64,000 nucleotides of DNA from a virus (Duplodnaviria; Caudoviricetes): positions 1 through 64,000 of the IMG/VR virus record IMGVR_UViG_3300005582_000006. One strand, given 5' to 3'. The notes beneath the pieces are model-generated. The model ran no database searches, was not told the origin of the DNA, and saw only the letters and a list, made by a program, of their open reading frames with translations. Positions within the stretch are counted from its first letter, which is position 1. Each line of letters opens with the position of its first letter. The position numbers and the translations under genes are program-made. Positions 9,787-21,700 of the stretch are shown piece by piece.

Positions 9787-12700
9787 ATGGCTTTTAATCT
9801 GACTGCCAATTTAAATGTTGCTGTAAATAGTGGTGCTTTAAAAGCAGCAGCCAATCAAATAAATAGCACATTAGGAAGTGTGAACAGTTTAAAAATAGGA
9901 ACAAATTCTGCAACATTTGCTTCTCTTACTCCATTAAAAACTCAGCTTTCTGAGGTTACTAATTCCATAGAAAATTTTGGTAGGCAAGCTGGCTTTGCTG
10001 CTAAAAGATTTGCTGCATTTGCTGTGACTGCTGGTTCAATTATTACTTTCACTAACAACATTAGAGAAGCACTTTCTGCTGCTGTAGATTTTGATAGAGA
10101 GATGATTAGGCTAAGACAAGTCTCTGGAGATACGGCACAAGATGTTGCTGCTGTAGGTGAACAAATAACAGGTTTGTCTAAGGGTTTGGGTGTTTCAAGT
10201 AAAGATTTAGTTGGTGTAGCAGTAGTTTTAAAACAAGCTAACTTAACTCTTTCCGAAACTAAAGATGCTCTAGAGGCAATGGCACAAGCTGCTTTAGCAC
10301 CAAACTTTGATAACCTCAAAGATACGACTGAAGGTGCTATTGCTATCATGAAGCAGTTTAAGGTCGAGGCAAAGGATCTTGGTTCAGCTTTAGGTTCTGT
10401 TAATGCTGTAGCTGGCGAGTTTGCTGTTGAAGCATCAGATATTATTGAGGCGATTAGAAAGACAGGGGGTGCTTTTAAAGCTGCTGGTGGTAATTTAAAT
10501 GAGCTTATAGCCTTATTTACATCAGTACGACAAACGACAAGAGAAAGTGCCGAAAGTATTGGTACTGGCTTAAGAACTATATTTACACGAATACAAAGAA
10601 ATGATACGGCTAATGCCTTAAAAGAAATTGGTATAAATCTTAGGTATACCGCAGATGAAGCTAAAGCTTTAGGAGATGTTGGTTTAGAACAGCAATTTGT
10701 TGGTCCATACGAAGCTATTAAAAGGTTGTCCTCTGGACTTTCTGAACTAAGGTCAACAGATCCCCGATTTAGTGCCATTGTTGAGCAATTAGGTGGTTAT
10801 AGGCAGATCAGTAAGGTTATCCCACTTATTCAAGAATTTGCTACTGCACAGAAGGCATTAGGGGTAGCTCAAGCTGGTAGTGTGTCTTTGGCTGTTAATG
10901 CTGGTCAAGCACAGGATGCTCTTGCTGTAAAACTACAGAAGTTGAAGGAAAGCTTTTTTGAGGTTGGTAGAAGTATTGTTAATAGCCCTGGCTTTAGAAG
11001 TTTGGCTGATACATTCATTGGTGCTGCCACTTCGGTCTTGTCATTAATCAATTCACTTAAAGGTTTACTCCCATTATTTACTGCTCTCGCTGCTGTAAAA
11101 ATTGGTCAAAGTATTGGTTCTTTTGCCACAGGTTTTGTAAAAGGTGCTGGTGCAGATAATTCTTCTGCAAGAACAAATAAAAAAGCAGATGGCGGTTTTC
11201 TTAGGATGAGAACAGGGGGCATAGTGCCAGGGAGTGGAACTGGGGATAAAGTGCCAGCTTTGCTTGAGCCAGGTGAGTTGGTTGTGCCAAGGAGTCAAGT
11301 AAGAAGAACTAAATACTATAAAGCTGGTCCTGTAAAATTAGAAAAAGTAGGAGGTAAAAAAGATACATCGTCAATAAATACTCTGATTAATAATGATCTA
11401 GACAAAATGTTAAATAAAGAAGACACAATTTATATGGAAGTTGTAGAAAAAAAACAAAAATTATTAAGCGATGAACATAAAAAAGATATTTATTCTTCAT
11501 ATCGTTTGGAAGATTCAGATGCTGAATTGTATTCTGATCCAAATTTTCGACCAATAATGTACGCTTCTGACAACACAAAACCAAAAACAGTAATATCAAC
11601 AGCAGAAGCATTAGAGAAATATAAAACACAAAATCCAAAATTTAAAGAATTATCGATAGATTACTTAAAAAATTTAAAGAGAAAGATTGCTCCAGCAGAA
11701 GCTGCATGGGGGAAAAAATTTGAAAATATTACTCTTGAAAAATACAGTAGTACTATTCAAGCAGCTACAAGACCGACAATAAATGGCAAAATGGTTGCCG
11801 AAAGCACTTATCCAGTAGACACTGAAACAATAAGTCCTAGAAAAAGGAAATATGGAGACATTAAATTTAAAACTAGCAAAGAAGAAAATAATCATTTGTT
11901 AAGTAAACAATTAAGAGCAAAATTGTATTATAAAAAACCTGAAAAATTAGGCTTTAGTAAAAAACTAGGAGATAATGTTGATTTAGGATTATTTGAATAC
12001 TATGGTTCATATGATACAAAACAAAAAGGCAAAACCATACTAGGAGCAAAAGGAGATTTTTTACAATCATTACAAGATTTGCACAATCAAACAAAACCAA
12101 AACTTGCTCTAGGTGGACCAATCCCTCGCCAAAGATTCATGAATGGCAATAGTGTAGGACCAAAACCATTTCCACCAAATTTTTCCCCCGAAGAAATTTT
12201 AAATTTGGTCAAGGGCGTTATTCATACAGATGAAGTGATAAAGGGTGCATTTAGAGTTGCTGCAAAAATAAATCATCCAGACAAGAATCCTACTGCTAAA
12301 CCTAATGGCAACATGGAAAGAGTAAATGCTGCTCTTAGGACTTTATTAGATAGAAACATTCTTATAAGAGCAAGGGCTGAAGCTGGTCCAAAGACCACAG
12401 ATAATACTAGACGAAATACCTCACCACCACCGCCACCAAAAAGAAATGCTCAATCAGAAGATCAAATTTTTAGGGCTGTTTTTGGCGATGCTCCAACTAA
12501 AGACGAAGCAAGAAGTCAATGGAAAGGCACAAATCCAGAGACATTTACCAAACCAAATAGATTTGATAGTTTTGAAGCAGTTAGAAATGCTAGTCAATTT
12601 AGAGAAAAAGAAGAAGCAGCTAAAACAATGAACGCTTCTTCTGCATATAGTGACAGGCTAAGAAAAGCAAAAAGAGGATATGCTAATGGTGGAGATGTAG

Positions 12701-15700
12701 TTAGACAGAAATTTGCTAGTGGTAAGTTTGTTGCTAAAGATACAAAAGGAAATATTGTTCGTGATAGTGTTGATGGTGCAGACGAAGTTGAAATGGCTGC
12801 AAAGATTAGGCAGATGGGATACTTTGTTATATCTCTTGAGCTTGTTGCTGCCAAAAAAGCCTCACAACAAAAACTACAAGAAAGACAAGACAGAAGAGAT
12901 CAAGCAAAAGAAAGAGCGAAAGAACTTAGAAGATATTGGAATATGAATGAGACAGACACAGGTGACATTAATACATCTAGACCTCCAAAAAGAGGTAACA
13001 GTCTTGCAATAGAAGAATCAGAAAGACGAGAAGAAAATGCTAAAGGAATTGTTTTGTCTGGACCAAGTGGTGCTATTGCTGGAGGTATTACTGGTGCTGT
13101 TAGTGGTGCTCTTCTTGGTAATATTCCGGGGGCATTTATTGGTGGCACTTTAGGATTTGGTGCTGGAGCAGTTGGCGGTATGATGTATGACAAATCAAGA
13201 AAATCAGAAGATGAAAAAAATAAAGGTTTGGCTAGATTTTCTTATCAAGACGAACAGGGCAAAAAAGGAATTATTCCTGCTAGAGATAAAGAAGAAGCAA
13301 TAAGAAGATTGTCTTTTGATCGTATTACACCAACAAATATGCGGAGAGTTGCACCAGAAAGATCTTGGGGTGAATATCTCGAACAAAAAAGAAATGATAT
13401 TTTTGGTATAAAAAAAGCATCAATAGAAGAGACAAATAGGGAATCTCGTAGCCGTGAAAGAAAATTTAGTAAAAGCATAGGCAAAGGAGATGCCCCACCA
13501 ATAATGGTAAGGAAACCATCTAAAAAGACCAAAGAATCTAAAAAATATAGTGAAGATATATACAAGCCACTTCCTGCATTAGCATTAGATCCAACTTTAG
13601 GAAAATCAGTAGCAATCACAAAAGAAATGATGGAAGAAAGAAAAAAGGCTAGGGGTTTTGCTTCTGGTGGATTAGTACCAGGAACTGGCAATTCTGACAC
13701 AGTTCCAATGGACTTAGACGAAGGTTCGTTTGTAATTAAAAAGTCTTCAGTTAATAGCATAGGCATTGATAATTTAGCTAATGCTCACAAATTTGCATCT
13801 GGTGGTAAAGTTCCTGCATTACTCACGCCAGGTGAATATGTATATAGCCCTAGCGAAGCAAAGAAAATTGGTGCTAATAAACTTCATCAAATGAATAGTT
13901 TTGCAAAATTTAAAAAAGGTGGTGAAGTTGGTAATAGTATAGTTAGTGATACATTTTTAAATAGCCCAAACAACTTAAAGAAAATACTTTTAACATTAGT
14001 TGATCAAATAATGGAGTCAGATCCAGAAATATCAAAAAAAGATGCAAAAGCAGAAGCCACAAGAATTGTAAGTGAAATAAAAGTTCAAAATCAAACATCA
14101 AATCAAGCAATTGGAAATGTTGCTAGAGCAGATCAAGATATATCGGCAGAAAAATCAAATATTGGTGTTTTTAATAAAGAACTAAAGGGTTTTGGTAAAA
14201 CACTATCTACTTTAGGTAAAGAAGCAACTAGTTTAGCGGAAGCACTTCAGAAGAATACAGATGCAGCAGATGCTTCATATACTGCTGAATTAGAATTAAG
14301 GGCAAAGGGTACAGCAATAGTAGCTGCTAGAGATGCAAAAGTAGCAGCAGGACAAGATTTAACTAAAGAAAATACAAGGGTTGGATCTGCACAAACAAAA
14401 GTAAATGAATTAAAAGATAAAAAGAAAGACATGGAAGAGGCTAGACAAGCAAAAATAGATGCAGCAGATCAAAGAATTGCAGCAGCAGAACAAGCAAAAA
14501 TCACAAAAGAAGCTCAACCAGTAGATTTAACTCAAGAAAATAAAAGAGTTGTTTCAGCAAAACAAAAAGTCGATGATTTAAAGCAAAAAAAGAAGGACAT
14601 GCAAGAAGCGAAGCAAGCAAAAATTGATGCAGCGAGTCAAAGACTTGCAGAAGCAGAAGAAGCAAAAAGATTAAAATCTCAACAGCCAGTAAACTTAAAA
14701 AGTGAAACTGCAAAAGTTGGAAATATTACCGGAAGAATTTCTGTTCTAGAAGCAAGAAAAAAATCTAAATTAGATGCTGGTGAATCAGTTAGAGTTGTGA
14801 ATGCACAAATAGCAGAAGCAAAAAGACAAAGAGATGTATTGACAAAACAGATGGCAGATAAAACTGCTGCTGGACCTAACACAAAAAAAGAACAAGAAGA
14901 AATTGATAAAGCAAAAGAGGAATTAGCAAAAGCTAGTAAGCCATTAAAAACAAAAAACATAGACACAAAAATAATGAGAGCAGAAGATGCTCTTACGCAA
15001 GCTACTACTGCAAGAGACAACAAAGTTCCTAACACAAAAAAAGAACAGGAAGAAATCGATAAGGCGAAAGCAGAAAAATTGGAAGCTGAAAAACCATTAA
15101 AATCAAAAGCAATAGATGCAAAAATAACAAAAGCTGAAAGTGCTTTGACTACAGCAACAAACGCAAGAGATACCAAGGCAAGAACGGCAGTAGACACATC
15201 AAAAGAAGATGCACAAATTTTAAAGTTAAATCAAGATTATCAAAAACTTCTTGATGATAGAAATACAAATGCTCAAAATAGAGTGGCAATAGAAAATAGC
15301 ATTACTGCTGTTGGAACTAAACAATTAAATGTTCAAAATGAAATTTTAAAGACAGAACAAAACATAAAAGATGCAGAATCAAACATACAAAAAGCCGAAA
15401 CAGCAAAAGCAGCAGCAAAAGCATCAGGGGAAAAGGCCACTAGATCATTTCAAGTAAATGCAAAGGGTGAGATTGTAAATGAAAAAGGAAGGCCAATTGG
15501 ACAAACAAAGCCAATAACTACACCTGATTCAATAAAGCAAATTTCAAAACAAAGAGAAAAAGAATACGCTAAACAAAATGATGGTAAAGCCCCTAGAAAA
15601 AGCGAAAGAGAAGATATAAGAAGTGGAATAGTTAATGAATATAGAGTAGCAACAGAAAAACAACTTAGAGCAAAAGCACAAAAAGAAGGAAAACCTGTTA

Positions 15701-18700
15701 GCGAATTGCAAATCCAGTCTATGACTGATCAATACACTAAGCAGTTTGCTCAAGGAAAAAGAGGGGCAGTTTTTAATAAACAAGGTGAAGTAACAGGAGA
15801 TAAGTCTTTAGGATCAAAATTAATTAAAGGTGGAGATTATAAAGAAAGTGGCGATTTAACATTCCAAGGTAAGGTAAAAGATTTTGGAAGTAGAGCACTT
15901 TTTGGTTCAAAACGGACTGATTTTGAAGCTGGTTCAGAAGGAGAGAGACAGTTTAAACAAGATAGAGCATCTGGTTACGCCAATAGAATAACAACTGCTG
16001 CTGTTGGTGGATCTTTACTTGCTTCTGGAATGAGAGCAGAAGCACCAGAAGTTTCTTCTCTTGCAAAAGCAAATGAACAAGGAGTAGTTGTTGAAGATAA
16101 AGCACAGCAAGAAGCTTATAGGTCCACACTTCAATTTGCTGGTGCTATTGAAAAAGCTGGAACATATGCTGCTACTACTGCTACCGCTTTTTCGGCACTT
16201 GGGCCAGTAGGTACTCTTGTAGGCGGTGCTTTAGGTGCATTTGTTGGATTAATAAAAGGTTATGCTGATGGCACTAAAGAAGCAGAGGCACAAATAAGAG
16301 AAGTAAAGTTAGGTGCTGCACTAACAGGATTGCAAGGAACATTTGATAAATTAAATACTGGTTTAAGAACTTTTGATGATACTATTGCCGAATCAATTGC
16401 AGCAAATCAAAAAATTATTACTGAAGCAAACGCTGGAAAAGCATTCGTTGAAGCTGGTGGAGAGAAAAGTGGTTTTGATAGATTAATATCTGGAATTACT
16501 GGTGGCGGTTTTGGTGGATTTGATGTTAAAAAATTCAACGAATTAAATTCAAAAAGTCAAAAAGAAGCTGGTGCTGCACAAATAGTTCCACTTACGAACA
16601 TTTTAAATAAACAAGCCGAACAACTTGGTTCTAGTGCAGTAAGACAGGCTGGTGGAAATGCTGGAACATTAGACTATAAAGATTTTGCAGCATCATTAGA
16701 TACCAAATTAACTAGTGGCGGTGGTGGATTTAATAATGCACAAATACAAAAAATTGCTAATGCAAGAAATGTAAGCTTTGATGATGTTAAAAAAGAAATT
16801 GTAAAAGTAATGAAAGATTCTTTTAAAGCTGCACAATTAGAAAAAACTCAAAAAGAAGCAGTAACTGTAAATCAAAGATCTATAAATTCTATGGCATTAT
16901 TATCAGAAGCAGTTGTTGCTGCTGCTAATTCGGTAGAAAGTTTCTCTAATAGGTTAAGCACAAATGAGTCATTTTTTAGTGGCGGTATTGGATCAACAAA
17001 AGTAACTGGAATTTCTAATCAGTTTGATCAAAAATCAACTCCAGACTTTAATTCTTTTAATTCTGCCGTTTCTAAACTTTCTGATTCACTTGGAACTTAT
17101 GGCAATGAATTTAAGACTCAAGGAAATGCGATTAATGCAGCTTCACAAGCATTGCCTTCATTACTTGCTGGTGCAATAGAAGATCCTGTTGGTGGTCAAG
17201 ATATAGCCGTACAAATAGCTGCTGGTTTAAGAGAAGCTTTAAGTGCTCAAGGTATTAGTGGGGCTGGAGCAGATAGAGTCGTAAGTTCTGTTGCTGGAAA
17301 TGTATCTGGACAAGAATACACAAAGCTACTTGCTGAAGCTGGTGGCGATGTATCTAAAGTTGCAGAAAAACTACTTGGCAATATAAAAGACCCATTTTTA
17401 AATGCAGCTAAAGATATAAGTCAAAGATTAGAAAATGCAAGTAATCAATACATTAGTGGTTTAGAAAATTTAGCTCAAAGACAAAAACAAATTGGCGAAT
17501 CGTTTAAAAACTTAGAAAGTGCAAAACTACAGAGAGATAAGTTTACAGCAGAGACTGTTGCTACAAATGCTGGTTTGCCATCACAAGCAGGGAATTTGAT
17601 TTCAGTAGATAGACAAATGCAAGGCTTTAGAACAAATCAAGAAAGACTTACTGGAACCAAAGGAGCAGAAGCACAGGACTCCAGAGTAATTGGAGATAAC
17701 TTAAAAAGAACGCAAGAAAGAATTAGGGAATTAGAACCCAAAGTACAGAATGCTTCTGGTGCAGAAGGTGGTGGGGCTGCATTTAGAGGTGCAGCATCTG
17801 AGTTAGTTAAATTAAAATCAGAAGCTTCAAATTTGCAAGAGTCATTAAAGAATTTGGCAGATCAATCAAACAATCTTGCTATTTTGGAAGGCAAACTTGG
17901 TCAAGTAAGACAAGAAAGAGATAATGAAACTCAAAGAGGAAAAGAGTTTTTAACGGCAGATCCAAAAGAAAGACAAAAAATATTAAGAGATAGAGTTCAA
18001 GGACAAGGACTACTTAAACAAGCACAAGCTCAAGGTGGAAATGTAAGTAATTTTAGTTCTGGACAAAACAAAGCACTTTTTGCATTCTTAGATAGTTTTG
18101 GTCCAGTTGGAAAAGATATTGCAGACAACATTGTGCGTAATACTACTGGTTTAGGGAAAAAGAAACCAGAAGAAGATATGTTAGTTGGAAAATTAGCCAA
18201 AGTATATGACGAGCAAGTAAAAGCAAATCAAGAGTTAATTGGTAATCAAAGAAGTTTACAGACTGATTATTTTTCTCAGTTGACAAAACAAAATACTACA
18301 TTTTATTCAAACCTAGATAAATTTATTGCTGGCATGGAAAAAAGTCAAGTTCAAGATGAAAAAAATAGAGAAGTTGCAAAGTCTGCAAAAATAAAAGATG
18401 TTCAAGAAAAAAGTGGTTTTCTTAGAGAAGCTGGAGTAACTGATGAAAATCTAAAAGATGTTAATGCAAATAAAGGAAAAATATCAGAAGTAATAAAAGC
18501 AAGAGAAGCAGCAAAAGAAGAGGAAAAAAGATCTGTAAATATTAATGAGTCAATGAGAGAAGGTGATTTCGCACAATCTCTAGGAAGATCATTCACTAAA
18601 GATGCAAGAGAAGCAGATGCAGCAAAAGAAATTGGATCAAAAGGAGAAACATTAAATGACATACTTTCAAAAATAGGATTGACAGGAAAACAAAGCTCTC

Positions 18701-21700
18701 TAGTTCGTGAGCAAGCAACAATTGCTGTAACTCAAAATAAAGATTTAAACATAGAAGAAGCAATAAAAATAGCTATAAGACAAGTATCGGGTCAAACAGT
18801 TAATGATGCAGAAAAAAGAGTGAGTACAGCAGAAAAAGGTGCTGGAGCACTTGGCGTTAATATTGCCAATAAAGCACAAGAACAAGGAATAAGTGCAGAA
18901 AAGTTTGAATCTAGTCTTGCAGCAGTTACCGAATTAAATCAAGGTATTGGGGTAAAACTTACAACGGCAGCAAGTACTGCTACAGCAAATATTGATAGAT
19001 TATCTGCATCCATTAATAGTTTAGGGGCACAACAACAAGGTATTGCTCCAGTTAATGTAAATGCTAATCCTGCACAAGCAATTGGATTTGCAGTTGGTGG
19101 TCCAGCATTTTCCCCAAGAGGAACTGATACTGTTCCAGCAATGTTGACACCAGGAGAATTTGTAGTAAATAGAAGTGCAACACAACGAAATCTCCCACTG
19201 CTTCAATCTATAAATAGTGGAAAAACATCGTATTTAGCAGATGGTGGAGAGGTATTGGGAAAAAGAATAAAAGCATCAGAAGATGTAATGAAAATATGGG
19301 ATACCCCAGGATTAAAACAAGAAGAAAAAATAGCTTCAATTAGAAACATCATAAGCAATAAATATAATTCTCTTAAAGAGTCTTCTTTAACTAATGTTCC
19401 TAATGGAATAGAAGGCGAATCAAGAAAGTCTGCTGCTTCTGCAATATTGCAAGAGGTTATTTCATCTTTATCAATAGGTCAAATTCCAAAAAATGAAAGT
19501 GCTAAAAGGGTAATCGATAGCAATGGTGGAATTGAATCACTTCAAGATTTTGGAAATATTTTTGGTGATTTTAAAAGAAAAGGAGATACAGAAAATTCAC
19601 TAGGTTATAGAACAAAAGAAATAAATGATAATTATGAAAAAATTAAAAAAGAAATGTTAGATGAAAAGTTATTAGATCCAACAGAATCATATGAAAACTT
19701 TAAAAAAGATAATAAATATAATTATGAGTTATTATATAGCAAATATGATCCTGCAAACATAAGGACTGCCCTTAATAGTGTGATGATAGAAGCTGGTAGA
19801 GATGCAACAGTAAAAGAAAAAGTTGTTGCTGGATTACTTGGTGCTGGTTCTGCAATTATTGCTGCTCCTATCGCTATTGGTGGCGTAGCTCTTTCTGGTG
19901 CTGGAGCTTTAGGAGCGAGTATTAGTGGGGCTTCTGTTACTGCTGCTGGAGCTACAACTTATGGACTTGGAAAACTTATAATGTCAGAGTCCGCAGAAGA
20001 AAAAAAGAGAATGGATTTATTTAAATTGGATGCAGCAATAGCAGATCCAATAAACCAAGATAATACACATGGGTATTCTGCTGCTGTTTCAACAGGAGCA
20101 AATATTAAAAAGTTTGCAGATTTAGAAACATTGAATTCAAAAAAAGAATTTGCAGAAGGAATGAAAAGGATAAAAGAAGACTTTAATCATGTTTACAAAT
20201 ATGGAGTTTCTGGAAATGTTAAAACGCCAGGCTGGTGGGGAAAAACAAATGAAGAAAAAATGAATACTGATTTATTAAAAGAAACATGGTATTACAAAGG
20301 AACTAATGGTGGTGCTATAGATGTAGCAAAAGATGGCTATACATGGCCAGGTATTCAAAATTATAGTGGTGAAAAGGTTAATACTTTTATTCAGCCCCTT
20401 ATTGATAAGGCAAATGCTCCAGATCCATCAAACGCACAAAAAATAAAAAATTACTTAAAAAGAAAAAATATATCTGATAAAACATATTTAATTCCAGATG
20501 ATTTAAATGATTTAAATCAATTTATTGTAAATCCAGAATATTTAAAAAGTTTAAATGCTGCTGGCACTAAAGATATAGATGCTAATATAGATGCTAAAAT
20601 ACCACAATATATTGCAACAATAGCAAATTTAAAAGCACAAAAGAAAGACATTGTTTCAGAAAAGAAACAAGAAAATATAGTTGCCAACATTGCAAACGAA
20701 GAAGGCACAACGCCCATAGATACGCAGATAAGAATGGCAGAGAATGAGGTTCTTGCAGCAAGAGGGAATAAAGAATTAGAATCTAAGAAAAAAGCAGAAT
20801 TAGAAATATTAAAACTAAGAAGAACAAGCTATAACCAAACTGGATTAACATCTAATGAAAAGTTAAGAAATGCTTATGGTCAAAATAGACCAGAAATAGA
20901 TAAGAGCTATGTTGAATCTAAAGCTTATCTTACTCAAATAAAAGAAGGAACTGGAGAGAAGTTTGTCGCTACAGATATGGGCAAAGAAGACGAGCTTTTC
21001 TTAAAGAGACAGGGCGATGCAGGAAGATTAGCACAAATAGGTTTAAGAAGAGAAGTGCAAGCTAGTGCTATACTTGGCAAAATGGTAAAGCTAAAAGGTA
21101 TTTTTGCTAAAAATCAAGGCGAAGAATTAAACAAAAAAGAATTTGCTGAAATTGGTAAAGATCCAAATCAATTAATACCTTTAGGCTTAAAAGAATACAA
21201 TAATTTATACAGTGGACAAAAAGGAAGTTTAGCAAAAGAAGACTTTGATAATCCTAAACTTATACTTCCATTCCAAAAAGAAATTGTTGGATCTTTCTTT
21301 AAACAACAAGCAAGCACAAGATCTTTAGCAATAAGTGGTAAGGGTCTTCTTGACTTTATTGATCAATATTCAAACATAAAAGACACTAAGGGTTTTGTTG
21401 AAGCAAAGGTAAAACAAGCTGGACCAGATGCTATACCTTTAGTTGTAAGGGCGATAGAAGAAGGAAAAATAAATGCGTTGAGCGTTCTTAATGCAGCAGC
21501 AGCAAATGTTGGTGGTATAAGCAGAAAGAGCTTAGAAGGTGCTATTGGAAGAAATAAAGACTTTAATCTATTAGATAAGCTCTCCGAAAAACAAGAAGGA
21601 AAAGCACAAAAAATTGTTAAACCATTCTCTGGAATTGATTTTATAGAAGGTGAAGATGGTGCTTATGCAACTATAAAGGCAGTAAGTGGAAAAGGTCAAG

